From Eledone cirrhosa (taxonomy: Eukaryota): a DNA stretch of 64,000 nt. The DNA lies in NCBI GenBank assembly GCA_964016885.1, contig OZ024741.1:156550001-156614000 (forward strand). The letters are read 5' to 3'. The notes under the pieces are model-generated. The model was not told where the DNA came from, made no database searches, and saw only the letters and a program-made list of their open reading frames with translations. A program made the position numbers and the translations under genes. The first letter of the stretch is position 1, and each line of letters begins with the position of its first letter. Below are positions 15,488 through 28,700 of the stretch, in pieces.

Positions 15488-15496
<9 letters not shown>
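15291..15496. repeat. Spacer-less ~150-bp palindrome (centre 15420/15421) related to the terminus of the 60-61.8 kb PLE
   Basis: tattgttatactttgggagggtcat...atgaccctcccaaagtataacaata; (TA)n on both sides. Confidence 0.85.
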
Positions 15497-15532
<36 letters not shown>

Positions 15533-15939
15533 TATGTGTGCGTGTGTGTGTTTGTGTGTGTGTGTATGCAGAAAGTTCAGTAAATCCGAAGAAAACTGGT
15601 GAGAGAACCAAAGTCTGCACTCGATGCAGAGCAGAATGTATACAATAAGAAGAAAGTGGAGATGTTACATAGGAGATTTATTGCTTAATCCACGCTAGAA
15701 ATGGTTCTCAAGCAGCTGGCTCGTTATGTGCGATGGCATCCTGACTAGACTCCAAGACTTCCTGATCCTTAGGCCAGTGTTAATACAACACAAATCACAT
15801 CAAGTCTGTGGACGAACCAGCAAAGACAGAAACAAGCAAGCCCCCCCCCCCATAGTTATATTTTTCTTCCCAAACAACCAAAAAACACATCTGTTTGTAT
15901 ATGTGCTAAATTTATGTGTATGTTATGTAGAGAGAGATG

Positions 15940-16790
15940 GGAGGGATAGATATAGATATAGAGAAGGGGAGAGTTTGGTGGTAATTGATGTAAAGAGGAA
16001 CGTTGGGATGGGAGTGTGTGTTGTATATTAAATATATAGAGGGGGAGAGATTGATGTTTATTGATACAGAGAGAGGAATTTGAAGAGAGTTTTGTGTAGT
16101 AGATATAGAACGGGGGAGACTTTGCTGTTAATTGATACAGAGAGGGGATTGGAAGAAAGTCCCGTATAGTAGATATAGAGAAAGAGATAGATTGGGGTTA
16201 ATTGATATAGAGAGCGGGAAGATTTTAGTGATGGATAGAGTGAGTGGGAATGAGAGAGAGTGTTTTAGATACAAAGAGGGGGATAGTTCGGTGGTAATTG
16301 ATATAGAGAGCAGGGTTTGGGAGACAGTTCCGTGTAGTAGATATAGAGAGGGAGATAGTTTGGTGTTAATTGATATAGAGGGGGTGGGTGGAAGAGAGTT
16401 CCATGGAGTAGATATAGAGAGGGGGAAAGTTTGGTGCTAATTGATATAGAGAGGAGGATTGGAAGAGAGTACCGTATAGTAGATATGGAGAGGGGAGAGA
16501 TTGGTGTAAATTGATATAGAGAGTGGGGATTGGAAGGGAGTTCTGTGTAGTAGATATAGAGAGGGGGAGAGTTTGTTGTAATAGATATAGAGGGGGGACC
16601 GGGAGAATATGTTGTATGGTTGATGTAGAGAGGGCGAGAGTTTGGTGGTAATGAGTAGAGGAAGAGTTTTGGTAGAGATAGGCCGTGTAATAGATATAGA
16701 GAAGGGTAGAGTTTGGTTTTGGTTGATAGAGAGCTGGGGATTAAAAGAGAGTATTTTGTGATAGACATAGAGAGGAGGAGAGTTTGGTGG
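15940..16790. repeat. Degenerate purine-rich minisatellite (~60-65 bp)
   Basis: Recurring tagatatagagagggggagagtttggtg...aattgatatagag. Confidence 0.75.
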
Positions 16791-17327
16791 CACTATCTGC
16801 TCCCAAATAATAGGAGGGATCGCAATAATGGAGGGTGACTTGGGAAATCAGTAATTGTACTGTGTACTTTCGTAAATATGGGATTTCTTCTAATGTTATT
16901 ATTTTGTCATGTATAATGTTTTTTTTTTAATGTAAAATAACATTATTATTAGATTCTCCAGTTCCTGGATCAATATGAATCACTTACAATAAAATTTCGC
17001 CGAAGATAGATTAGCAAAATTTATTAAGTGTGTGGGGTGGAAGAAAACCCAGTGGGGAGGGAAATCTGATAAATTAATATTCAAGACCTGAGAATACGTG
17101 AATTATTGACGGACGTAAGAATGAAAACTCAATGCCGAAGTAGAGTCTCACCTACGTAGTCACAGGATCATCAAACAAGACTGGTGATCCTGTGAGTGCG
17201 CAGATGAAACTTTGGAATAACAAAGCTCATGAATAGCTATAATAAATGAATGTGTATATATATATATATATGTGGGGGGTGGGGGTGCGTGTGTGTGTGT
17301 GTATATGTATATATATTTCTCAATCTT

Positions 17328-17363
17328 TCTTCTGATGAAGGACTAGCGTCCGAAACGTTAGGA
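17328..17363 (+). ncRNA. Minimal type-I hammerhead ribozyme
   Basis: tctt-CTGATGA-a-ggac-tagc-gtcc-GAAA-cg-TT-agga; palindromic aacgtt stem III, typical of minimal PLE hammerheads. Confidence 0.8.
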
Positions 17364-17984
17364 CCCTCTTCCTGCTATATCAAGCGTTAACCTAATATAT
17401 CCCTTCCATATACTGTACCGATTGTGTTGTTATTTCTGTTTACCTTTTACATACATATATATATATATATGTGTGTGTGTGTATGTGTGTGTGTGTGCGT
17501 GTGTGTGGGAGATTAATAAATGCTGTATAATACCAGTTTCTTACCAATGCAAAGAATCTCGATATATTAACCCCTTAGGAAAGGGCACAGAGCATAATTT
17601 TTTAAATCAAATATGTACAATGGTGATGCAACTTGTGTGTGCCCCCCCCCCCCCTACAATAATTGTATTTTCTCCCCAAACTTCCAAAACAAACATCTAT
17701 TTGGATATGCGCGAGAATTTATGTGCATGTTATGTTTATTGCATATCGAAGTTGTCTGACCATTTTAGAGTGCAAAGATCTAATCTAATCACTACAACTA
17801 AATTGTCCAAATTTCAACCACCACTCCCGATTCAGAAATGCTTCCACCGCCCCTGTATTAGCGAAAGTTAGTTGATTGAAAATCCGCCGACGGTATATGG
17901 ATTGAAAATCCGCACAACGGTATATGTTTATCTGAGTTTTATTATAATAACGAGTTTTATTATAATAACGAGTTTTATCATAAT

Positions 17985-18260
17985 AATCAGCAGTGAGTGA
18001 GCTCGAAGGAAGTCTGCTCCAATGATAGGCTGATGGGCATCAGCGACGGTGAATGTCCATGTATATTACTGTGAACCTCTGTGGAGGGAGAGCGTACGGT
18101 ATCTGTAAGCTTTGATTGTAGAATCATTGGCAGCTGTCACTGACTCCCCTCTCCATCACGGAGGTCGTTTGCAGATGCCGTGATGACATTGACTTCTACT
18201 TCTGTGTCGATTAAGAATCTGACTGGAGATCTGATCATAGACATACAGGACAGTTGATCA
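17985..18260 (-). pseudogene. Gypsy-type aspartic protease relic
   Basis: Minus-strand translation FLIDTEVEV...YTWTFTVADAHQPIIGADFLRAHSLLI, frameshifted. Confidence 0.75.
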
Positions 18261-18669
18261 TGTTTGCTGACCACCAGGGTGTTTATTGGTGGTTGGTCCT
18301 AGAGTTTCTCCCGGAGTCGATGGTGAAGAGCTATTGAAGTTACTTGGTATCTTTTGCTTCAAATTTCTTGTGAAAGAAACACAAATCACTTTACGTGACC
18401 TCATTGTCTTGTGGTTAACCTCGTGGTATTGATTCTCCCTCATTACACACTTTTCCGCCTCTTTCCCACACTTTCACACTTCGTATCCCTCTTTACCCCT
18501 CTTCCCTACTTTTCCCCATTTCCCCATTTTCCCTATTTCTTTAACCTGCTGTCTTCCCTCCTCTTTTCCATCCTTCCTTCCCTTGATGTTTTTCCTCCCC
18601 TTCTTCCACTTCTGCCTCTTCCAACCCATTCTTTCCTTACCCCCTTTACTCCACTTTCTTCCTTTCTTG

Positions 18670-19165
18670 ATTTCACCCACCACTTTACCTACCATTTTAA
18701 CCAGGACATTATTTTACCCACAATGTTACCAATATTATTATTTTACCTACCGCTTTACCCACAATAATCATTTTACAAACCACTTTACCCACAATAATTA
18801 TTTTACCCACAATAATTGTGGGTAAAATAATGATTTGGGTAAAATGGTAGGTAAAGTCCTGGGTGAAATAATTATTGTGGGTAAAGTTGTGGGTAAAATA
18901 ATTATTGTGGATAATTATTTTACAACTTTACCCACAATAATTATTTCACCCAGGACTTTACCTACCATTATACCCAAATCATTATTTTACCCACAATTTT
19001 ACCCAATATTATTATTTTACCTTCGGTTTACTCACAATAATCATTTTACCTACAATTTTACCCACAATAATTATTTTAACCACCATTTTACCCACAATAA
19101 TTATTTTAACCACCATTTTACAGACAATAATTATTTTACCTACAATTATCATTTTACCCACCACC
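18670..19165. repeat. ttttacccacaataat minisatellite containing an inverted block (~18814-18912)
   Basis: Unit orientation flips at the palindrome acccacaat-a-attgtgggt and flips back at ~18912. Confidence 0.8.
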
Positions 19166-19992
19166 GTTTTTTAATTGGGTCATCCATTTTTTATTTGAGG
19201 GTGATCCGTTTTTTATTTGGAGTCCCGTTTTTATTTGGGGGGTTCCGTTTTATATTTTTATTCGGTTTTTTATTTGGGGTGATCCGATTTTTTATTTTGG
19301 GCGGGTCCGTTTTTAATTTGGAATCTGTTTTTTATTTGGGGGTGAGTCCGTTTTTTATTTGGAGACCGTTTTTTATTTGGGTCCGTTATATATTGGGGTG
19401 GATCCGTTTTTTATTTGGAGTGAATCCGTTTTTATTTTGAGTGCGGTTTTTATTTGGGAGGATCCGTTTATTATTTGGATTCCGTTTTTTATTTGTGGGT
19501 GATCCGATTTTCATTTTGAGGGGATCCATTTTTTATTTGGGAGGAATCCGTTCTTTATTTGGATTCCGTTTTTTATTTGCAGTCCGTTTTTTATATGGGC
19601 GTATCCGTTTTTTATTTGGCGTCCGTTTTATATTTGGGGAGAGCCGTTTCATAATTTGTATTCCGTTTTTTATTAGGGCTTTTGTTGTATTCCTCTCGGT
19701 ACTCGCAGAGAAAACACAACGAGTTATATCAAATAATTTGTGTAATTTGCGAAACAACCAAAACGCCCCTCCTCGCAGTAGCAGAATAACATAAAGTAAG
19801 TAAGTAGCAGTCTGTGACCGAGTTTTTAATACCAACGCTGACTGACTGTCCAGGTCACGTGATTCATATGCAAATGTGTGAGCACGTGTAAATTGAATAG
19901 AAATTTAACAGTCCATACAACAATGAGGTTGTGAGTTCGATTCCCAGTCCATACAACACCTCCCCACCGAAATTGATGCGACAAAAGAAGTA

Positions 19993-21880
19993 TCAACAGC
20001 AAAGTCTCTCTGGGGATTTACGAGTTCTCTTGGACCGTCTTCGATTGTCTGGTCCATACTCTGGAACGGGCAACAAGGTCTTGGGTCTGGTCTGTCTTTG
20101 AGTTAGTGGCACAATTTCCGAGATCTCCATCGGGTTATCTGTTGCAAATTCAAAAACAGTGTCTACTGCATCACCAGGTTCATTGTCTTCCTCAGTAGTG
20201 TACCGCGGTTGCAGCTGTTCCCAGTGTCGTCTCCACACCGGGCCATGAGGTATGACCTTAACGTTGAAGCAGCGAGTACCCAATGACTTCTTAATGATTG
20301 CTGGTACCCATCGGGGATCTTTGTCTCGGCGAGGTCCGTAGTACAGTGCATACACAGGATCTCCAGCCTTGTACTGCCTGGTAACCTAAGCGACACCTGC
20401 CAAGTCCGGAGTCATCTGAGACTTATATGCTTCCTTAGACTGCTTGCCTTGAGCGATGTGTGCTGGCGAGGGCAGCAGAGAATCAATCCTTGTCCGTATC
20501 TGCCGGTGATTCTAAAGTTCACTCGGAGAGAATCCACTGGATGTCGGTGTTCTCCGGTACTGCATCAAGAACTCTTGAAGTGCTCGCTTCGGCGGAAGAG
20601 AAGTCTTCCTCAGAGCTTGTTTGAAGGTCTGCACCAAACGTTCCGCTGCTCCGTTAGTAGCTGGGTGGTAAGGTGCCCCTGTTAGGTGCGTGATCCCACG
20701 TTCTTTGCACCAGCTCTGGAACTCCTCAGAAATAAAAGTTGGTGCGTTATCGGTGACTAGCGTGTGAGGAAATCCGAAGTGCGCAAAGTCTTCTTCAAGC
20801 AGATCTAAAGTGGCTCTGGAGGACGTGGATGACGTAGGATGAATGCATGGATACTTGGAATAAGCATCCGTGATCACCAACCAATTACTGCCCATGAAAT
20901 TTATTGCGTGGTCCAGGTGTAAGCGGCTCCACGGCTTTTCAGGTAACATCCATGGGCGAACTGGAGACTTGGATGGCTGGTTTTGATGTTCACCACACGA
21001 ATCATATTGTCGACTGGTTTTCTCTATAGCAGCATCGATACCAGGCCAATAAACAGCAGTTCTTGCCAATTGTTTCATGCGCTCCATGCCAAAGTGTCCG
21101 AGATGCAGAAGATTGAGGATCTTTGGCTGTAAGCTATGTGGAATCACAACTCTCGATCCATGGATAAGGCATCCGTGGCAGATACTGAGTGAATCCGATA
21201 ACTTCCGGAACTTATTGACTTCGTCATTGATCTCAGTATTCTTTGGTGGCCAACCTTCACGGACGTAGTGTATCACTGTAGATATCACTGGATCTTTCCC
21301 TGACTCTTGACGGAGGACGTTAGAATCGATAGGTTGGACTTGAAGACTGAGAGCTTTGATGGCGCACACCATGTCCATGTCTTCACCATTTTCCTTCCTG
21401 TCAAAGTCGATGTCATTACCAAATGGCAAGCGACTGAGGGCATCTGCATTGCCATGATCCGCTGTTTTCCGATATTCGATGGTGTAGTCAAACTGGTTCA
21501 GCCACAGGGCCCACCGTGCTAGTCGGTTAGCAGCGAGAAGTGGCGTCCCTTTCCTCGGACTGAACAGTGATGACAGTGGCTTGTGGTCAGTTACGAGTAT
21601 AAACTGATGTCCGTACAGATACTAATAGAACTTCTGCAAGCCAAATATGATGGCTAGGGCTTCCTTTTGAATTTGGCCGTAGTTACGCTGTGCAGAAGTA
21701 AGAGTCTTGGACACATTGGATATTGGGTGCTCGCTTCTATCAGGATAGCGATGAAACAGGACTGCTCCAATACCAACGTTTGACGCGTCGCAAGCCAGTC
21801 CCAAAGTTTTGTTTGGATCGAAGTGTATCAGAACTCAATCCGATGAAAGCACATTTTTCAACTGATCGAAAGCTGACTGT
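19993..21880 (-). pseudogene. Gypsy RNase H and integrase, disrupted by stops
   Basis: [16 protein letters not shown]; HLGHFG zinc-finger part; LHLDHA...VTDNAP...GAAERLV DDE core. Confidence 0.92.
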
Positions 21881-21883
21881 TCT

Positions 21884-24256
21884 TCATCTTCCCACTTCCA
21901 AGTAGTCGTTTTTTTTCGTAAGGCAATAGAGTGGCTCTGCCATGCTGGCCAGGTTTGGGATAAACTTTCCATAGAATTGAACTGAACCCAGGAAAGACTT
22001 CAAGCTTGAGACGTTCGTTGGAGGTGGCATCTTTAAAACTGCTTCGACCTTGGATCCCTTCGCGATCACTTCAGCCGACAAGGTGTAACCAAGGTATTCC
22101 ACACTGGGTAGTGCTAACTGGCACTTGTCACGGCGACATCTGAGTCCTTTGTCGCACAGACGTGTGAGCAGACACTTTAGGTTGGTCAGGTGATCGTTTG
22201 CATCTTTCCCACTGACGAGCATGTCGTCCTGGAAGACGGCCACACCAGGTAGATCTTGAATCAGGTTTTCGATTATCTCCTGAAAGTAACCAGGTGCTGA
22301 CTTGATTCCGAAAGGGAGTCGTTCCTGCAGGAGCACCCCACGGTGAGTGCTGAGTGCAAGCCTGCGTTGACTTTCTGGAGCCAGCTTGATCTGATTATAG
22401 GCATCAGCAAGATCAATCTTTGTGTATCCGAATCCACCTCCGAGCTTCTGCATCAGTTCCTCTGGGAGTGGCATTGGATGACGATGATCTGCAAGTTGGT
22501 CATTAATTCCCACAGAGTAGTCACCACAAATCCGTAGTTTGGGCTTCAGGTTGCCTAAAGTATGTGCGTTACGAATCGGTACCACTGGCGTTCCATGTTC
22601 GTTGAACTGTACTGGCTTCCAGATTCCTTTGGCGATGCCTTCTTCGTAACCTTTGGCCAGGTCATGACGAAGAGCAAACGGGACCGGGCGTGCCTTGTGA
22701 AAGACCGATGTCGCGTCCGACTTGAACTTCACTTCCAGTTCGAAGTCATTAAGACATCTCAATTCTTGCTTGAAGAGATCTGGGAATTCATCACACATGT
22801 TGTGACAAACTCGTTGCATGGAAATATAGGGCTCATTTGAGGTCTTTGGATGCATCACTTCTGCACCCTCACTCTTGGCCTGGCTGTCTATGCTTTTCAA
22901 TCCTAGAGCATTGTCCACGGAAATTCCCAGAGTCTGGATAGCGTTTCGTCCCAGCAAATTAAGATCAGGGATCTTGGTGACGATGTAGGGTATTGAATTC
23001 CGTTTACGGGTCGTTGGATCCTTGGTTTGGCCCATGAAAGTTCCCAGAACGGGTAGGTCGTGCTTGCTGGCAGATTCAAACCTATGTTTGACATATTGCA
23101 GCTTCGGTTTTCCTAATTGTTTCCAAACTGACAAGGAAACAAAATTGCCTGTAGTAGCTGTGTCCAATTCCATTGTGAAAAGTCTGTTCTGGATTGTTAT
23201 TGGCACATTCAAACTATGAGTATCGTGGGGAACTTCACCAAGGATCGCCTTGACTAGCTCAGCTTTCGTGATTCTTTTCACGTAATTCTGTGAGCGATGA
23301 TTACCTTGCTGATGTTGTTTCTTTCTACACACCGCTTGCAAATGTCCCTTTTTGTCACAAAAATGACATGTGGCTTCTTTGAAGGGGCAGTCTGTCGCTT
23401 TGTGGGCCTTTCCACATCGGTAGCACATCTCCTGGTCTGTGGAATAAGACTGCTGATAGTTCTTTCGAGGACCCTTGTTCTTGTTCTGCTGGACCTTGTA
23501 GACTTGTTTGGTTTGGGAACCGTAAACAGTTTCCTTGGCAACATTTGCTGCGTCTTCGGTCCCGATGGCAACTTTGACAGCACGGGCAAAATCTAGTTCT
23601 GTATCCTTGATCTTGAAAATAGCCTTCAACACAGCTTCATTATTGACAGAACATATAAATCTCTGTCTTAGAGCTTCATTTTGTGGATTTGTGATCGAAG
23701 GAAAATCACAGGTAGCTGCATCCTGACGTATACGTGCTGCCAGCTCCTGGAGAGTTTCGCCTGGCTTCCGTTGCATGTCACTCCAGAACTTGAAACGTTC
23801 TCTCACAATGAAAAGTTTTGGGTCGAACTGTTCTTTCATGAAGTCAACAATTTCGTCCATTGTCAACTTGTTGATATTCTTAGGCGGATTTTGTTGAGCA
23901 GCCAGATTTGCAAGTTGTTTGTAGATAGCAGCCGTCTGATTAGTCAGGAACACTTGTGCCATGCGTTGCTCGGGTACAGCGTTAGCAGCCACAAACGTGC
24001 AGAATCTTGACCAGTAATCAGGCCATAGTTCTGTTGTTGAATCAAAAGCAGCAAATGGTGGGATGAATGCTGTTGGTGTCGAAGCAACTGGCGACGCCAA
24101 TAAACTCTGTTGTTCAGAATCTCGAGCACCAAACAGTTTTATCAGAGTGTCCATATGTTTCTTGTGTTGCTGCATTTGTTGTTCCTGTTGTTGCATTTGT
24201 TGTTCCATCTGTTCTCTAAACAACTTTATTAGCTCCGCTGTTTGTTGTTCCGCCAT
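21884..24256 (-). pseudogene. Gypsy gag-protease-RT (frameshift near 21910)
   Basis: Two zinc knuckles (CYRCGKAHKATDC, CHFCDKKGHLQAVC), ELDTAT protease, RLPFGIKSAP and FQDD RT motifs. Confidence 0.92.
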
Positions 24257-26961
24257 GTTTTTGTGATAAACAATTTCCCGGCAATGTAGGTAAATCCTAT
24301 CGGCTATGTAGGTAAATCCTATCGGCAATGTAGGTAAATCCTATCGGCGACGCCAATAAACTCTGTTCTATTCCTCTCGGTACTCGCAGAGAAAACACAA
24401 TGAGTTATATCAAATAATTTGTGTAATTTGCGAAACACCCAAAACGCCCCTCCTCGCAGTAGCAGAATAACATAAAGTAAGTAAGTAGCAGTCTGTGACC
24501 GAGTTTTTAATACCAACGCTGACTGACTGCCCAGGTCACGTGATTCATATGCAAATGTGTGAGCACGTGTAAATTGAATAGAAATTTAACAGTCCATACA
24601 ACAATGAGGTTGTGAGTTCGTTTCCCAGTCCATACAACAGCTTTAATCAGTTTTTTATTTAGATTCCTTTTTTCATTAGAATTCCGTTTTTTTACTTGGG
24701 GAGGTACCTTTTTTATTTGGGGTGAATCCTTTTTTTATTTGGGGGGCGGGGGGGGCATCCGTTTTTTAATTGGGTTCCGTTTTTTATTTGGGGTGTTTTA
24801 GTTTTTTATTTGGAGTCAGTTTTTTGTATGGGGGGATCCGATTTTTATTTTGGGTGCGTTTTTATTTGGGGAATATCCGTTTTTTACCTGGATTCCAATT
24901 TTTATTTGCGGCGATACGTTTTTTATTTGGGATCCATTTTTTTTTTCGGTTTCGTTTTTTACTTGGTGTCAGTTTTTAATTTATTTCAGTTTTTTATTTG
25001 GGGAGATCCATTCTTATTTGGAGTGGGTTATTTCTTTGAAGTCCGTTTTTTATTTTTTTTTGGGGGGGGGATGCGTGTTTTATTTGGTGTCCGTTTTTTA
25101 TTTTTATTCCGTTTTTTATTTGGGCGGGGTACCTTTCTTATTAGGGGGATATCCGTTTTTTATTTGGAGTCTGCTTTTTATTTGGGGGGGGGGCTCTGTT
25201 TTTATTTGGATTCCGTTTTTATTTGGATGTTGCCATTTTTTTATTTGGGGTCCGTTTATTATTTTTTATTCAGTTTTTTTAATTTGGGGTGGACATCCGT
25301 TTTTTATTTGGGTTCCGTTTTTTATTGTTGGTGTTTTTGTTTTTTATTTGGAGTCAGTTTTTTGTATGGGGTGATACGTTTTTTTATTTTGGGTGCGTTT
25401 TTATTTGGGGAATATCTGTTTTTTACTTGGTTTCCATTTTTATTTGCGGGAATCCGTTTTTATTTGGGATCCTTTTTTATTTCGATTCCGTTTTTTATTG
25501 AGATTCCGTTTTTTATTTGGGGGATCTGTTTTTTATTGGGGGATCCGTTTTTTTATTTGGATTAAGTATTTTATTTGGAGTGAATCGTTTTTTTTTTATT
25601 TAGATTGAGTTTTTCATGTGGTGGCGATCCATTTTTTTATTGGGGGCGATCCGTTTTTTATTTGGATTAGGTATTTTATTTGGGAGGAATCCGTTTTTTA
25701 TTTGGACTCCGTTCTTTATTGGGGGGATCCGTTTTTTATTGGGGGGATCCGTTTTTTATAGGGGTGGGATCCCTTATTTATTTGGATTTAGTTGTTTATT
25801 AGGTGGGATCCCTTTTTTATTTGGGGCCGGTTTTTTAGGGGGGGGGGTCCGTTTTTTATGGGGGGGGATAGTTTTTTATTTGGGAGATCCGTTTTTTATT
25901 TGGGGGAATCCGTTTTTTTATTTAGTTTCCTTTTTTTATTTGGTGGGGATCCGTTTTTTATTTGGATTCCGTTTTTTATTGGGGTGAATCCGTTTTTTAT
26001 TTGGATACCGATTTTTATTAGGGGTTATCCGTTTTTTATTTGGGGTGATCCGTGTTTTATTTGGGGCTTGTTTTTTGGGGGCGATAGGTTTTATTTGGAT
26101 ACCGATTTTTATTAGGGGTTATCCGTTTTATATTTGGGGTTATCCGTTTTTTTATTTTGGGGTCATCCGTTTTTATTTGGAGTCCCTTTTTTATTTAGGT
26201 GGGAATCCCTTTATTTTATTTGGATTGGGGTTTTTATTTGGGGTGGTCCGTTTTTTATTTGGATTCCGTTTTATATTTGAATTTAGTTTTTTATTTTGGG
26301 TGGATCCATTTTTTATTTGGGGGATATCCGTTTTTTATTTGGATTCCGTTTTTTATTTAGATGGATACGTTTTTTATTTGGGGTCCGTTTTTTTATTTGG
26401 GGGTGTCCCTTTTTTTATTTGGGGGCGTCCGTTTTTTATTTGTCGTCCGTTTTTTATTTGGGGGATCCGTTTTTTATTTGGGGGTAATCCGTTTTTTATT
26501 TGGATTCCGTTTTTTATTGGGGTGGATCCGTTTTTTATCTGATGGAGATCCGTTTTTTATTTGGGGCGAATCCTTTTTTTTATTTGAGGGGGCATCCGTT
26601 TTTTATATCGGGGAGATCTGTTTTGTGTTTGTGTGGGGTCGGTTTTTTATTTGATGTCGGTTTTTTATATGGGGGCATCCGTTTTTTTCTTTATGTCAGT
26701 TTTTTATTTTATTCCATTTTTTATTTGGGTGTATCCGTTTTTATTTTGAGTGCGTTTTTTATTTGGATTCTGTTTTTTATTTGGGGTCCATTTTTTAATT
26801 GGTTGAACCGCAGGCGCAAGTCTGAAGGGGGTGCAGACCGGTGGGGGTGAATTGGGACTGACAAGGAAACGGGCGAAGAACTCAAGAGCACACACTTTGT
26901 CCGTTGCCATGTCGATTCAATTTGGATTGCCTCGGAAACATATCCTTATTATGTAACAAAC

Positions 26962-27180
26962 AGGGCGGTGGATTGGCAGTATTGGGAGGGCGGTGGATTG
27001 GCAGTATTGGGAGAGGGTCGGGTGCCATGCTTTGACGTATAGAGTTACGGCCCTTGCCATTCTGAGTTCAAATCCCGCCGAGGTTAACTTTGCCTTTCAT
27101 CCTTACGGGGTCGATAAAATAAAGTACCAGTAATGCACTGGGTATTTGCTGGCCTTGTGCCTAAAGTAGAAACAATTATG
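26962..27180 (+). mobile_element. tRNA-derived SINE with duplicated 25-bp head
   Basis: gggcggtggattggcagtattggga x2; B box gttcaaatcc; conserved core gcctttcatcc...ggggtcgataaaataaagtaccag. Confidence 0.85.
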
Positions 27181-27187
27181 TAACAAA

Positions 27188-27260
27188 CTGTCTGATGATG
27201 TCACGGCACTGGGCGCACCGAACCGTGTGGCCACTGTTGTCATTGAAATATGTATCACAG
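27188..27260 (+). ncRNA. Candidate type-I hammerhead ribozyme
   Basis: ctgt-CTGATGA-(46 nt, imperfect stem II)-GAAA-tatgta-TC-acag. Confidence 0.55.
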
Positions 27261-27310
27261 CATTATTATTAAAGGAGTTTAACATCTGAAACTACTTCGC
27301 TTTCTTATTC

Positions 27311-27344
<34 letters not shown>

Positions 27345-27352
27345 TATATATG

Positions 27353-27418
<66 letters not shown>

Positions 27419-27883
27419 CATATGCATTCATCCATTTTACTGTTTTCGGCAAACCCGCCGTGGCTACGACACATAAATTGGTGATAAGATATTACCGAAC
27501 ATATATAAATATTTATAAAGAAACTTGATCACAGCGGCGTGGGCTGGGTTCGACCCCGCAACCAAGTGGATGATAATCCATTTTATCATATGACCAAATA
27601 TTTTAAGTAAGAAAATATATCAATAATAAACTTTCAAGTGTTATTGAACGAAAAATAGGAGAAACACTAAAAATAAAATTGGTTGACAGGCAATAAAATA
27701 ATGCTTGGGCGGCAGTGGTAGACGAAAATAACACTGGAAATTGTTTTAGGAGAGGTAGGGGACACATACATACATATATATTTATATCTATCTATATATA
27801 GGAATATATATAGGAATATTCTTATACACTCATCGTTTCAAACCTTTTCAATTAATATATATATATATATATAATAAGGGTTG

Positions 27884-27915
<32 letters not shown>

Positions 27916-28289
27916 GGGGAGGAAAGAAAACCAGGAGATTGATAGACAGAAAATATTTTTCACCTAATTTATGGATGCACGAAAGGCGAATAATGTGTTT
28001 ATCAATTTTTACAAATCCTGTTTTAGATTTATACGAACATTTATTTCTTGGTTATTCCGTGCTTGGTTATAAAGTCCTACTAATGGACACATTGTTTCCC
28101 AACACGTACATTTACTAACACACACATATATAAAGTAACTTGCCTAAATATCGCACAGCAGTACAGCACCTTAAACCACGTAGTTGTGAAACGAATTAAT
28201 GAACTAGATAGACATGCCAGAGAGCAAAATTACAACCATCGATATTATTATTATTATTATAATTATGATTATTATTGTTATTATTATTG

Positions 28290-28700
28290 CAGCATCGGTA
28301 GAACGTCAGACACCATGCTTTACAGCATAGAGTTATGACCCTTTATGTTCTGAGCTCAAATCCCACCGAGGTTAACTTTTCCTTTCATCCTTACGGGGTC
28401 GATAAAATAAAGTACCAGTAATGTTCTGGGATAATTGCTGACCTTGTGCCAAAAGTAGAAACAATTATTATTACTACTTATTACTACGGCAGATTTTCAG
28501 TATCGGTAGAGCGTTGGACAATATGCTTTGCCACATAGTCATGACCCTTTACGTCTTAAGTTCAAATCCCGCCGAGGTTAGCTTTGCCTTTCATCATAAC
28601 GGAGTCGATAAAATAAAGCACCAGTAAGTACTGGGCTCGATTTAATCCACTTTCCCCTCCCGTTCAAATTGCTGGCCTCGTGCCTAAAGTAGAAACAATT
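28290..28700 (+). mobile_element. Two tandem SINE copies separated by (TTA/CTA)n
   Basis: 28290-28465 and 28488-28700 both carry A/B-box-like head and core. Confidence 0.85.

Larger units (their letters stand above)
19683..24639 (-). mobile_element. Full-length Gypsy (Mag-like) LTR retrotransposon, inactivated
   Basis: 276-bp LTRs at 19683-19958 and 24364-24639 (TG...CA, 5 mismatches counted); TSD GCTTT at 19678-82 and 24640-44; PPT ggtggggagg next to the 3' LTR; PBS-like tggcgtcgccgatagg; PR-RT-RH-IN order. Confidence 0.96.
19165..26800. repeat. Degenerate ~20-bp minisatellite (ttttttatttgggggatccg) interrupted by the Gypsy element
   Basis: Same unit at 19165-19680 and 24645-26800. Confidence 0.9.

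Noticed and set aside
24770-26850. Many Phe/Gly-rich ORFs
   Set aside because: Minisatellite translations open in all frames
27535-27580. tRNA gene (gggttcgacccc)
   Set aside because: Only a B-box-like stretch; no cloverleaf; probably a SINE remnant
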